Positions 17,230-26,281 of a DNA stretch of 32,000 bases are shown here, one piece after another. The translations under genes were made by a program, and so were the position numbers. The notes beneath the pieces were generated by a model. It was not told the origin of the DNA, searched no databases, and saw nothing but the letters and a program-made list of their open reading frames with translations. The number at the start of each line of letters is the position of its first letter. Position 1 is the first letter of the stretch. The stretch covers positions 750,001 to 782,000 of the forward strand of contig NC_013849.1 of NCBI RefSeq assembly GCF_000025505.1, read 5' to 3'. This stretch comes from Ferroglobus placidus DSM 10642. GTDB lineage: Archaea; Halobacteriota; Archaeoglobi; Archaeoglobales; Archaeoglobaceae.

Positions 17230-17904
17230 TCAAACTACTTCAGCCTCTTCAAATACCTCCATTCCCCTTTCAGAAATCGTGTACGGGCGAGGTTTTCTCG
17301 AGTGGTTCATCCTCCGCATCTTTAAAACCTCCGCAATCAGTATTACCTCCTCGAACTCTCCTCCCCTCGCCATTCTAAGCACAATCAACCCATCAGAAAC
17401 GTATTCGAGAATCCCGTATTTCGAATGAAGCGGATTGTCCTTATCGCTCTCGCTCGTTATGATGGCTGTTGCACCGCTCTCCTTCACGATTCTCTTAAAA
17501 GTCGATAGAGCTTTGTACCTCTCTCTTTCTGAGTAAAGCGTTTCGAGAACGCTTATGTTGTCTATTACAACTCTTTCCACACCGAAATCTGTGAAAATTG
17601 TTTTCATCTCGTTTTCGATTTTTTCGAAGCTATCTCTCACAACCTCCGCTTCAAGTCTCAGAATTCTCACGTTGCTTTCAAGGTTCATGCCGAAACTTTT
17701 TGCCGTTTCGATAATGCTCTCCTCGTCCTCCTCGAAGCTTATAAAAATGCACCTCTCCCCCCTTCTAACACCTTCGCTGATGAAGTGAAGAGAGAGCGTT
17801 GTTTTCCCGGTCCCGTAACCTCCGATTACTCCAACTACGTACCCCTTTGGAATTCCGCCACCGAGCATTTTATCCAGTCCCGGAATTCCGGTTGAAAGTA
17901 ACAT
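17230..17904 (-). CDS. KaiC-like RecA-superfamily ATPase (single domain)
   Basis: LLSTGIPGLDKMLGGGIPKGYVVGVIGGYGTGKTTLSLHFISEGVRRGERCIFISFEE; Walker A GGYGTGKTT; RVVIDNISVL. Confidence 0.93.
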   Translation of the reverse strand: MLLSTGIPGLDKMLGGGIPKGYVVGVIGGYGTGKTTLSLHFISEGVRRGERCIFISFEEDEESIIETAKSFGMNLESNVRILRLEAEVVRDSFEKIENEMKTIFTDFGVERVVIDNISVLETLYSERERYKALSTFKRIVKESGATAIITSESDKDNPLHSKYGILEYVSDGLIVLRMARGGEFEEVILIAEVLKMRRMNHSRKPRPYTISERGMEVFEEAEVV

Positions 17905-18653
17905 TATATCACCCTGTGAACCCTCGAAATTATGGTGCCGACGAAGGGATCGAGCTTAACTTCAAACCTCGATACTCCGGAACGCTCAATGAACGGCATC
18001 AGCCCGGAGAACTTCCTTATGTACATCCACCTCCTCATCTCTCCTCTCTCGTAGCTGAGTTCGAAATCTATTACCACCTCAAACTGATCGAGTAACTCGT
18101 TTTCCCTTTCATCGGGCAATTTGGAGTAGTGGAAAGCTGCAATGGACTCTTTTCTCTTACAAACTTTTTTCAATCCCTTTATGAAGTCTATAAGATCTTT
18201 CCACTTTATTTCATGCCCCACAAGTCTCACGAGATCCGTCAGGGAGTCGAAGAAAACGAAGCTGTTCTCCTCAATATTATCAAAAGCATTTATAATTTCA
18301 CCCATTATTCCTCTCCTCTCTTTCATGCTCTCCAGCTTTTCTTTACCACCAATCCACCTCAAAGGAATCACGCTTTTTTCGAAATACGCCTCAGCGAAGC
18401 TGACAATCTCCACGCTTTTCAAAACGCTCTCCGGATTTTCTCTTGGAAAGGTCGAGGAAATCCTATCCTTCACCTCCTCAACTGTATCCGTTACTGAGAA
18501 GTAGTAGCTCTTAACGTTCTCATTTTGGGAGGAAAGCTTCATCGCTGTAACGGCAAATTCTCTCGCGCATCCTCCGACGTTTTCCGTGAAGACAGCTACA
18601 GTTGGCGGAATTTCGTGCTCGTCTATCACGTCAACTCCGAACCTGACTTTCAT
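17904..18653 (-). CDS. KaiC/RecA-like protein with degenerate Walker A
   Basis: FGVDVIDEHEIPPTVAVFTENVGGCAREFAVTAMKLSSQNENVKSYYFSV: glycine-rich turn lacks GKT/S; NSFVFFDSLTDLV occupies the Walker B-like position. Confidence 0.65.
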   Translation of the reverse strand: MKVRFGVDVIDEHEIPPTVAVFTENVGGCAREFAVTAMKLSSQNENVKSYYFSVTDTVEEVKDRISSTFPRENPESVLKSVEIVSFAEAYFEKSVIPLRWIGGKEKLESMKERRGIMGEIINAFDNIEENSFVFFDSLTDLVRLVGHEIKWKDLIDFIKGLKKVCKRKESIAAFHYSKLPDERENELLDQFEVVIDFELSYERGEMRRWMYIRKFSGLMPFIERSGVSRFEVKLDPFVGTIISRVHRVI

Positions 18654-19207
18654 ACGAGCTCTATCACCTCGTCACTCATCAGAAAGACCTGAGCGTAGGT
18701 CGATTCGTCAAGCTCTCCGCTTAGGGTGAATAAAATGACGGCTAATCCCTCAGCTCGCATTCTTCCGGTAACCTGTCTGAGAAACTTTATCATGGACTCC
18801 TTGGACTTGTACAGAGAAATAATAGAGAGGGAGTCGAAGAAGACGAATCTGTGGTTCGAATTAAGCTTTTCCAAAGCTCTCGTCAGGGCGACTTGAATAT
18901 GAACCGGATCCGGAGAAGACACGTAAATGCAATCCTCCTCTTTTTCGTAAGAGTACTCCCTCGACACGCAGTCTATGAACACGAGCTTTTCAACGTTCAC
19001 TCCAGAGGACGAAAGAATTCTTTTCAAACTCTTGCAAGGCTTATTTAAGGAAACGTAGACGCCTTCAGCAAAGCTCGTAAAGTATCTGAGCACGCTGCTC
19101 AAAATTGCTGCGTAGTTTTTCGTATTAACTTTAAAGAGGAAAATCTCAGCTCCGTTTGCCAAAGCGACTTCGACTTTTCTTATGACGTCCTCCAGCATGC
19201 TTTTCAC
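18650..19207 (-). CDS. Second RecA/KaiC-like protein without a recognisable P-loop
   Basis: ANGAEIFLFKVNTKNYAAILSSVLRYFT...GVYVSLNKPCKSLKRIL...LEKLNSNHRFVFFDSLSIISLYKSKESMIKFLRQVTGRMRAEGLAVILFTL matches KaiC core strand/helix order but has no GxxxxGK[ST]. Confidence 0.55.
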   Translation of the reverse strand: MKSMLEDVIRKVEVALANGAEIFLFKVNTKNYAAILSSVLRYFTSFAEGVYVSLNKPCKSLKRILSSSGVNVEKLVFIDCVSREYSYEKEEDCIYVSSPDPVHIQVALTRALEKLNSNHRFVFFDSLSIISLYKSKESMIKFLRQVTGRMRAEGLAVILFTLSGELDESTYAQVFLMSDEVIELV

Positions 19208-19815
19208 CGGATCACTTTTTTACCCACGACTTCTTTCTCGGTTCTGAATCGATAACCCTCTATAAAAATGTCTCTGTTTCTGTAAACCTTTCCTTCGAGC
19301 AAATGTAATGTGAAGAATTCAACTTCAACTGGATATTTAACAAAAACCTTTGGAGACAAATCGTACTCTCCAAAGAGCTCGAATTCGTCTAAATTAAGCT
19401 CTCCTATTATTTCCTCCAGTCCCCACTCTATCCAATCCCACAGCGCACCGAACTCTTTCATTTCCCGCAAAAACATGGAAGCGGAGATGTAAGATTCCGG
19501 AGAGCCGTCTCCTTCCAGAACTTCCTCAGGCTTTTTAGCTCCTTTCGGTTTCGGGTAGCTTATGAACTCGCAATCCTCCACTTCGGGAAATTCGCCCCTC
19601 GTTGCCCAAACCACACCCTTTCCCCTCAACCCCTCCCGATAAACGTAAGCTACAAGCCTGTATCCTTCTCTAATCCGTATTCCCTTGTAAAGTTTGAGAA
19701 TTTCTTCGGGATCGACTTTAGATTTCTGCCAGCCCTCTTTTCCGCTAACTCTCCAAAGATCTTCAGCTTTCATGTGCAAACTCTGGAGTTCTTCGGCGGA
19801 AAATTTAACAATCAT
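19204..19815 (-). CDS. Uncharacterised protein, first gene of the KaiC-like operon
   Basis: ORF opens with TTG at 19824; ATG at 19815 (MIVKFSAEELQSLHMKAEDLW...) lies about 28 nt downstream of a TATA-like atttatactt. No family recognised. Confidence 0.75.
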   Translation of the reverse strand: MIVKFSAEELQSLHMKAEDLWRVSGKEGWQKSKVDPEEILKLYKGIRIREGYRLVAYVYREGLRGKGVVWATRGEFPEVEDCEFISYPKPKGAKKPEEVLEGDGSPESYISASMFLREMKEFGALWDWIEWGLEEIIGELNLDEFELFGEYDLSPKVFVKYPVEVEFFTLHLLEGKVYRNRDIFIEGYRFRTEKEVVGKKVIR

Positions 19816-19853
19816 TCGAAACAAATTTGCAAAAAAAGTATAAATTAGTTCCG

Positions 19854-21074
19854 CTAATAAAACTGCAAGCTCTCGTTGATTTCTCCAACAAGGTTCTTTT
19901 TAACGAGTTCTTTAGCCTCCTCCAAGCTGTAATTTCCGAGGAGCCACATCACCTTAACGAGAGCAACTTCCGGAAGCATGTCTTCCCCTTCGATAACTCC
20001 AGCCTGAAGAAGGTATCTTCCAGTATCGTAGACTCTATCGCAAACTCTTCCCCACAGGCACTGGGAGGTCATAACAACGAGGCTGTCTTCGGCAATTCTC
20101 TTTATCGTTTCCACCCAATCTGTAGAGACGTGTCCGAGTCCAGTTCCCTCAATAACGAAACCTCTGTATCCTTTGTCGTAGTAGAAGTCGAGAATCTCAG
20201 GAGAAAGTCCCGGGAAGAATTTTATCAAAACGACTTTTTTCTCCAGCTTATCCTTGAGCTTTAGCTCCCTCTCTCCTCTTCTAAATCTCTCCGCCAACCA
20301 CTCAATCTTTCCGTCAGGATAGATGACTTTACCGAGGGGTGGATAATTCACGCTCTGGAAAGCGTCCCTCCTTGAAGTGTGATTCTTTCTGACTTTCACG
20401 CCTCTGTGGATGTAGCAGAAGTCGTCGCTTGTAGTTCCGTGCATGACAACCACAACCTCTCCAAGATCCGAAAGGGCTGCGTGTGCTGCGCAGATCATGT
20501 TCATAGCCGCGTCGCTGCTCGGTCTGTCGGAGCTTCTTTGGGCTCCCACGAAAACCACCGGCTTTGGAGTTGAGAGCATGAAGGAAAGTGCTGCTGAGGA
20601 GTAGTGCATCGTGTCAGTTCCGTGGGTAACTATGACACCTTCGTAGTCCTTTTTCAGCGACTTGTAAACCTCTCTCGCAAGCTCGATCCAGTTCTCGGGC
20701 TTCATGTTTTCGCTCAAAATGTTGTACAAAAGGGTGGCATCTATTTTACATATCTCCGCCAACTCGGGAATGTCGGAAACTATTTCTTCTGCAGAGAACT
20801 GACTTGTAACCGCTCCAGTTCTGTAATCGACCTTGCTCGCTATCGTTCCTCCTGTGGAGATGACTTTAACGTTCGGAAGCTCTTCCTTCCACTCAACTTT
20901 TGGCGGAAGTGGAGACTTAAACTCCTCTTCGTAAACTTCGAGTATTTCGTAGTCTCTGAAGCCGACGTTGTAACCGTTATCGAGCTTGAGAACGAGTTTG
21001 TCCGTAAAAGAGGGCATCACGATTCCTTCGAAAATCCTTCCCTTCGCTTTAATCTTCACCCTTTTCCCGAGCAT
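19854..21074 (-). CDS. gatD: Glutamyl-tRNA(Gln) amidotransferase subunit D
   Basis: LPNVKVISTGGTIASKVDYRTGAVTSQFSAEEI, GVIVTHGTDTMHYSSAALSF, FVGAQRSSDRPSSDAAMNM: asparaginase-like GatD. Confidence 0.97.
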   Translation of the reverse strand: MLGKRVKIKAKGRIFEGIVMPSFTDKLVLKLDNGYNVGFRDYEILEVYEEEFKSPLPPKVEWKEELPNVKVISTGGTIASKVDYRTGAVTSQFSAEEIVSDIPELAEICKIDATLLYNILSENMKPENWIELAREVYKSLKKDYEGVIVTHGTDTMHYSSAALSFMLSTPKPVVFVGAQRSSDRPSSDAAMNMICAAHAALSDLGEVVVVMHGTTSDDFCYIHRGVKVRKNHTSRRDAFQSVNYPPLGKVIYPDGKIEWLAERFRRGERELKLKDKLEKKVVLIKFFPGLSPEILDFYYDKGYRGFVIEGTGLGHVSTDWVETIKRIAEDSLVVMTSQCLWGRVCDRVYDTGRYLLQAGVIEGEDMLPEVALVKVMWLLGNYSLEEAKELVKKNLVGEINESLQFY

Positions 21075-22501
21075 ACTCTTTCAACCTCATTCATAAGATG
21101 CTTTATTCTTTCCTCTATCCTCGACTTTAAAACTTTCAGCTTTTCCTCGTCTTCAGAAATTTTCCTCTCCCTTTCCCTGATCATTCTCTCCAGCTCTTCT
21201 TTAGCAGTCCCGCCGACGTTCTTCCTCCTTTCCAGAGACTTTTCGACGTCAAGCCACTCTTTCAGCTCATCTTCGCTCACTTCAATCTTTACCCCGAAAC
21301 TTTCAGCCTCTTTTATCAGCTCCTCAGCACTCGGAGGAATTCTGTTCTTTTTTACCAAGCTTCCCACTATTTTGTGGGAAAGTCTGAAAGGCACTCCTTT
21401 CCTCACGAGAAGGTCAGCGAGATCAGTTGCTAAAGTCAAGCCTTTCGAAGCTTTCTCCCTCATTACCTCTTCTTTGAACTTCAAAGCGGAAAACATCTTT
21501 CTGAAGGTCTTTACGGAGAGCAAGCATTCGTTCATCGAGACGTAAAGCAGGCTGTTCATTTCCTGAAAGTCTCTGTTGTAAGCGTAAGGCAGAGCTTTCA
21601 GGATTGTGCAGGCAGAAGCTAAATAACCCACGCTCTTTCCAGCTTTAGCCCTGATTATCTCAGCCACATCTGGATTCTTTTTTTGGGGCATTATGCTTGA
21701 AGACGAGGAGAACTCGTCGGGAAGCTCGACGAAATCGAATTCCGAAGCCCACAAAATAATTTCCTCGCAGAATCTGCTTAAATTCAGCATTATCGACGTG
21801 GAAAGAAACAGCGATTCTATCAGAAAATCCCTTGAGGCTGACGCGTCCATGGTGTTCTCAACCAATCCATCAAACCCAAGCAATTGTGCCACGTATTCCC
21901 TATCTAGTTCGTGGGGAGTCGAGGCAAATGCTGCTGCTCCGAGGGGGGATTTGTTCACTCTGCTGAAGATCTCAATTCCCCTATCAAAATCTCTCCTTAT
22001 CGCATCGTGATAAGCTATTAAATAGTGGGAAAGCTTGGTCGGCTGAGCGTACTGCAGATGAGTGAAGCCGGGCATTATGCAGTCAAAATATTGCCTCGCT
22101 TTCTCAATAAAGGTTTTTCTCAATTCCAAAAGCTCGGAAAGGATCTCTATAATTTTATCCCTTGCGAAAAGCCTTAAACAAGCGGCTATTTCGTCGTTTC
22201 TGCTCCTCGCTGTGTGCATTTTCATTCCGCTTTCTTTGGCTATCTCAACAACTTTACTCTCTATAGCCTCGTGAACGTCCTCTCCGCTCAATCTTTCCAA
22301 CCCAAGCTTTTCAACTTCTCTCAAAGCCTCGAAAATTCTCTTCGCATCTTCTTTCGTTATCAGCCCAACTTTGAGAAGTCCAAGAACGTGGGCGTAATCG
22401 ACGAGAATATCGTATTTGAAAATGTGCCTATCGTGTTCCAAGGAACTCGTCAGCTTTAAAGCGTCCTCGTCCAAACTCCCGCTTAACCTGCTTCGAATCA
22501 T
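21056..22501 (-). CDS. argH: Argininosuccinate lyase
   Basis: HTARSRNDEIAACLRLFARD, PGFTHLQYAQPTKLSHYL, GSSIMPQKKNPDVAEI-like text (SSSSIMPQKKNPDVAEIIRAKAG). Probable start MIRSRLSGSLDED at 22501; ORF opens at 22540. Confidence 0.96.
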   Translation of the reverse strand: MIRSRLSGSLDEDALKLTSSLEHDRHIFKYDILVDYAHVLGLLKVGLITKEDAKRIFEALREVEKLGLERLSGEDVHEAIESKVVEIAKESGMKMHTARSRNDEIAACLRLFARDKIIEILSELLELRKTFIEKARQYFDCIMPGFTHLQYAQPTKLSHYLIAYHDAIRRDFDRGIEIFSRVNKSPLGAAAFASTPHELDREYVAQLLGFDGLVENTMDASASRDFLIESLFLSTSIMLNLSRFCEEIILWASEFDFVELPDEFSSSSSIMPQKKNPDVAEIIRAKAGKSVGYLASACTILKALPYAYNRDFQEMNSLLYVSMNECLLSVKTFRKMFSALKFKEEVMREKASKGLTLATDLADLLVRKGVPFRLSHKIVGSLVKKNRIPPSAEELIKEAESFGVKIEVSEDELKEWLDVEKSLERRKNVGGTAKEELERMIRERERKISEDEEKLKVLKSRIEERIKHLMNEVERVCSGKG

Positions 22502-22558
22502 CGAGAGAAGAGAGGCAAAGGAGGTAATAAATTTTTGCAAAAAGAGGTAAAAAATTAG

Positions 22559-24214
22559 TTAGTCTTCGCTGCTTTCGCTTTCGCTTTCACTCTCGCTTTC
22601 GCTCTCGAAGCTCTCCTTACCCTTCTCCTTCTCAAGTCCCTTAGCAGCAATGACGTCGTCGATTCTGAGAATCATTATCGCCACTTCCGTTGCCGAGCTT
22701 ATAGCCTGCTTCTTAACTCTGAGCGGTTCGAGAACGCCAAGCTCTCTCATGTCCACGATTTTTCCGCTGAACACATCTACTCCAGCGTAGACGTTTCCTT
22801 GCTCGTGAGCTTTTCTTAGCTCGACCAAGATGTCGATCGGATCAAGTCCGGCGTTCTCGGCTAAAGTTCTCGGAATTATCTCAAGGGCAGAAGCGAAGGC
22901 TTCAGCTGCTAACTGCTCTCTTCCACCGAGGCTCGGAGCCCACTCCTTGATTCTGAGACTCACTTCGATCTCCGGAGCTCCGCCACCGGCAACGACTTTG
23001 CCGTCTTCCAAAGCAGCTTTGACGACTTTTATTGCATCGGTCAAGCTTCTCTCGATTTCATCTACGACGTGCTCCGTTCCACCTCTTATTAGGATCGTCA
23101 CAGCCTTCGGATTCTTGCAACCTCTTATGAACACCATTTCCTCATCTCCGACCTTCTTCTCCTCTACAAGCTCAGCCTCTCCGAGATCTTCTGGCTTGAT
23201 GTCTCTCAGATCGGTTATAATCTTCGCTCCAGTTGCTTTGGCGATCTTTTCGATGTCGCTCTGCTTGACTCTCCTCACAGCAAGAACTCCAGCCTTAGCC
23301 AAGTAGTACTGAGCCAAGTCGTCAATTCCCTTCTGGCAGAAAACTACGTTAGCTCCAGCTTCTACGATCTTGTCGACCATCTCCTTTATCATCTTCTCCT
23401 CCTGCTCTATGAACCTCTGAAGCATTTCCGGATCCGTGATGTTTATCTCAGCGTCGGTCTCAGTTTCTTTCACCTCTAAAGCAGCTTTCAGCACGGCAAT
23501 CTTAGCATTCTTCACCCTCTTCGGCATTCCGGGGTGAACGACTTCTTTGTCAATGACGATTCCGTCGACAAGCTCCGTGTCCTCAACTCCTCCTCCCTGC
23601 CTCTTTTCGAGCTTGATGTTGTCCTCGTCGACCTTAATCTGCCCATCGACTTCTTCAGCTACTCTCTTTACAGCTTCAACCACGAGAGAAGCCAGGTGAT
23701 CGACGGCATACTCAGCGTGCTTTCCGGTTATAGCAGTAGCTGCTATCTTCTTAAGCAGCTCGTCATCGTCTCTGTTCACCTCTATCGCTATGCTGTCGAG
23801 GATTTCCATTGCCTTTTCCGCGGCAAGTCTGTAACCCTTAGCGATCACCGTCGGGTGTATGTCAGCGTCAAGGAGCTCTTCGGCTTTCTTCAACAATTCT
23901 CCGGCAATGACGACAGCTGTGGTAGTTCCGTCTCCCACTTCGTTCTCCTGAGTCTTAGCAACTTCGATCACCATCTTCGCCGCCGGATGTTCCACGTCCA
24001 TCTCCTTGAGAATCGTTACTCCGTCGTTGGTAATAACTACATCACCCAAGCTGTCCACGAGCATTTTGTCCATTCCTCTCGGACCTAACGTACTTCTCAC
24101 AGCTTCAGCTATAACTCTGGCAGCCATTATGTTCATCCTCTGCGCATCTCTACCAACGGTTCTCTGCGTCCCCTCCTTCAGAATCAGTATAGGAGTTCCC
24201 TGCAGCGTAGCCAT
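22559..24214 (-). CDS. Thermosome subunit (group II chaperonin)
   Basis: [58 protein letters not shown]; [23 protein letters not shown]. Confidence 0.98.
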   Translation of the reverse strand: MATLQGTPILILKEGTQRTVGRDAQRMNIMAARVIAEAVRSTLGPRGMDKMLVDSLGDVVITNDGVTILKEMDVEHPAAKMVIEVAKTQENEVGDGTTTAVVIAGELLKKAEELLDADIHPTVIAKGYRLAAEKAMEILDSIAIEVNRDDDELLKKIAATAITGKHAEYAVDHLASLVVEAVKRVAEEVDGQIKVDEDNIKLEKRQGGGVEDTELVDGIVIDKEVVHPGMPKRVKNAKIAVLKAALEVKETETDAEINITDPEMLQRFIEQEEKMIKEMVDKIVEAGANVVFCQKGIDDLAQYYLAKAGVLAVRRVKQSDIEKIAKATGAKIITDLRDIKPEDLGEAELVEEKKVGDEEMVFIRGCKNPKAVTILIRGGTEHVVDEIERSLTDAIKVVKAALEDGKVVAGGGAPEIEVSLRIKEWAPSLGGREQLAAEAFASALEIIPRTLAENAGLDPIDILVELRKAHEQGNVYAGVDVFSGKIVDMRELGVLEPLRVKKQAISSATEVAIMILRIDDVIAAKGLEKEKGKESFESESESESESESSED

Positions 24215-24369
24215 CCTTCACCACCTCGAGAGTTTAGTGGATTGGTAGTTCTATATAAAGGTTTTGGTAAAAGAAGCTCGAATAGAAATTATCTCAATCA
24301 AAAATAAAAATTTTCAGAATTTAGAGACCATTCCAAAATTTTAAATTCCACGAAATTAAAGGGGATTCA

Positions 24370-25167
24370 ATGAGCGAGAAGTTCATGGTTAAGCGAGACG
24401 GCTTTCCCTCTAAAGGTGAAATAGTTATCGGAACAGTAACGAGAGTTCTCGATTTTGGTGCTTTCGTTTCACTGGATGAGTACGAAAACAAAGAGGGAAT
24501 GGTTCACATAAGCGAAGTTGCTTCCGGATGGGTTAAAGACATACGAGATTACGTTAAGAAAGGTCAGAAAGTTGTTTGCAAGGTTTTGAACGTAGACAGG
24601 AAAAGGGGACACATAGACCTGAGCATAAAAGACGTGACGGAGAGGCAGAGAAAAGAGAAGCTTCAGCAGTGGAAAAGCGAGATGAGGGCTTTCAAGTGGT
24701 TGGAGATTGCCGGTGAATCTGTAGGAATGAGCAAAGAGGAGCTTGTAAAGATCGGGAAGAAGCTTATAAAAACTTACGACTCGATATACAACGCTTTCGA
24801 AGAAGCCGCATACGAAGGCTACGAAGTTTTAGTACCTATTACCGGAGAAGAGCTTGCGAAAGCGATAGCTGAAATAGCGAGAGAGAACATAAAACCGCCG
24901 AAGGTTAAGGTTAGAGGCTACTTCGAACTTACTTGCTTTAAGCCAGATGGCATAGAGAGAATAAAGAAGGCGCTAATGGCTGGTATGAACGTGAAAGATG
25001 GAGCTGAGGTGAAAATCGAATACGTTGGAGCGCCGAGATACAGGGTTATCGTAGAAAGCGAAGATTACAAAACTGCCGAAAGCGTGTTGAAGAAAGTCGT
25101 CGACAAAGTTGTAAAAACTATGAAATCCCTTGGCGGAGAGGCTAAGTTCGTGAGAGAGGCTGTATGA
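24370..25167 (+). CDS. Translation initiation factor aIF2, alpha subunit
   Basis: PSKGEIVIGTVTRVLDFGAFVSLDEYENKEGMVHISEVASGWVKDIRDYVKKGQKVVCKVLNVDRKRGHIDLSIKDV: S1 domain of aIF2-alpha. Confidence 0.97.
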   Translation: MSEKFMVKRDGFPSKGEIVIGTVTRVLDFGAFVSLDEYENKEGMVHISEVASGWVKDIRDYVKKGQKVVCKVLNVDRKRGHIDLSIKDVTERQRKEKLQQWKSEMRAFKWLEIAGESVGMSKEELVKIGKKLIKTYDSIYNAFEEAAYEGYEVLVPITGEELAKAIAEIARENIKPPKVKVRGYFELTCFKPDGIERIKKALMAGMNVKDGAEVKIEYVGAPRYRVIVESEDYKTAESVLKKVVDKVVKTMKSLGGEAKFVREAV

Positions 25168-25352
25168 AGTCGCTAATAAGGAAATGCTGCGAGTGCGGAA
25201 GGTACACTTTAAAAGAAGTCTGTCCGAGCTGTGGCGGAAGAACGATCATGGCAATTCCGCCACGATTCTCTCCAGAAGATCCGTACGGAAAGTATAGGAG
25301 AGAGCTTAGAAAGAAAATTGGATTCTTCATAAGGAGGTGCGAACATGATTGA
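25164..25352 (+). CDS. Nop10-family H/ACA RNP component
   Basis: 62 aa MKSLIRKCCECGRYTLKEVCPSCGGRTIMAIPPRFSPEDPYGKYRRELRKK; sits between aIF2-alpha and a PAC2-family gene, a common archaeal arrangement. Confidence 0.96.
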   Translation: MKSLIRKCCECGRYTLKEVCPSCGGRTIMAIPPRFSPEDPYGKYRRELRKKIGFFIRRCEHD

Positions 25353-26115
25353 GAGAGTCGACATCAGGATTTTGAAGAAGCCAGAGGAAGTTCAGCTCAA
25401 AGATCCAGTACTCGTAGAAGGTTTGCCGGGGATAGGGCACGTGGGAAAGCTTGTCGCAGACCACCTCGTTAAGGTGCTCGACGTCGTGAAGGTTGCCGAG
25501 ATATACTCTCACCACTTCCCCCCGCAAGTTATGGTGAACGAGGACGGAACGATAAGATTGCCGAAGAACGAAGTTTACGCGTATAAAGGTGAAAGAGACT
25601 TGCTCATCCTCGTTGGAGATTTCCAGAGCATAAGCAACGAAGGTCATTACGAGCTCGTGAACGCTTACATGAAAATCGCTAAGATGTTCGGGGTAAAGAG
25701 AATACTAACCCTCGGAGGTTACGGAGTCGGAAGACTTGTGGAAGAGCCGTACGTAATCGGCGCGGCGAACAAAAAAGAGCTGGTAGAAGAGCTAAAAAGC
25801 TACGGAGTAAAAATAGAGGAAGGTGAGCCGGCTGGAGGAATAATCGGAGCTTCGGGACTTTTACTCGGAGCTGCAATGCTCGAAGGAATTGAAGCGGCTT
25901 GCTTAATGGGCGTCACTTCTGGATACATGGTAGATCCGAAAAGCGCCAAGGCTGTGCTGGAAGTTCTGATGAAAATGTTGAACATAAAAGTCAGCACAGA
26001 AGACCTTGAAGAGAGAGCGAAAGAGATGGAAAAGCTCATAGCTCAGATAAAAGAGATGCAGGAGGCGGCGGTTCAGCAATACAGAGGAGACGAAGATCTG
26101 AGGTATTTCAGATGA
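25345..26115 (+). CDS. PAC2-family protein (proteasome-assembly-chaperone-like)
   Basis: LVEGLPGIGHVGKLVADHLVKVL, IYSHHFPPQV, LTLGGYGVGRLVEEPYVIGAA, GASGLLLGAAMLEGIEAACLMGVTSGY. Confidence 0.92.
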   Translation: MIERVDIRILKKPEEVQLKDPVLVEGLPGIGHVGKLVADHLVKVLDVVKVAEIYSHHFPPQVMVNEDGTIRLPKNEVYAYKGERDLLILVGDFQSISNEGHYELVNAYMKIAKMFGVKRILTLGGYGVGRLVEEPYVIGAANKKELVEELKSYGVKIEEGEPAGGIIGASGLLLGAAMLEGIEAACLMGVTSGYMVDPKSAKAVLEVLMKMLNIKVSTEDLEERAKEMEKLIAQIKEMQEAAVQQYRGDEDLRYFR

Positions 26116-26116
26116 T

Positions 26117-26281
26117 ATGAAGTGCGGAGATTGCGAATACTTCCTTCCCGATTACAAAAACGCGGGAATGTGCGTGATATCTTCGGATAAAATATGTGCA
26201 AGCAGAGGGTGCACTGGACTGCCTTTCAGGAGAGTTTTCGCTCACGACGAGGCTTGCGAAAAGTTCAGAAAGAAGTCATAA
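26117..26281 (+). CDS. 54-aa cysteine-rich protein, likely metal-binding
   Basis: Read from sequence (below the ORF-track cutoff): MKCGDCEYFLPDYKNAGMCVISSDKICASRGCTGLPFRRVFAHDEACEKFRKKS. Starts 1 nt after the PAC2 stop. Confidence 0.7.
   Translation: MKCGDCEYFLPDYKNAGMCVISSDKICASRGCTGLPFRRVFAHDEACEKFRKKS

Noticed and set aside
17230-19207. Circadian clock system (KaiABC-like)
   Set aside because: Only single-domain KaiC-like proteins are present, with no KaiA/KaiB. Single-domain KaiC homologues are common in archaea and do not imply a clock.
20604-21545. 313-aa plus-strand ORF opposite gatD/argH
   Set aside because: Spans the antisense of two well-supported genes; low-complexity Ser/Phe-rich product typical of a reverse-strand shadow ORF.
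23534-24088. 184-aa plus-strand ORF and other ORFs opposite the thermosome gene
   Set aside because: Lies entirely antisense to a highly conserved thermosome CDS; composition is a shadow of biased codon usage and no domain is recognisable.
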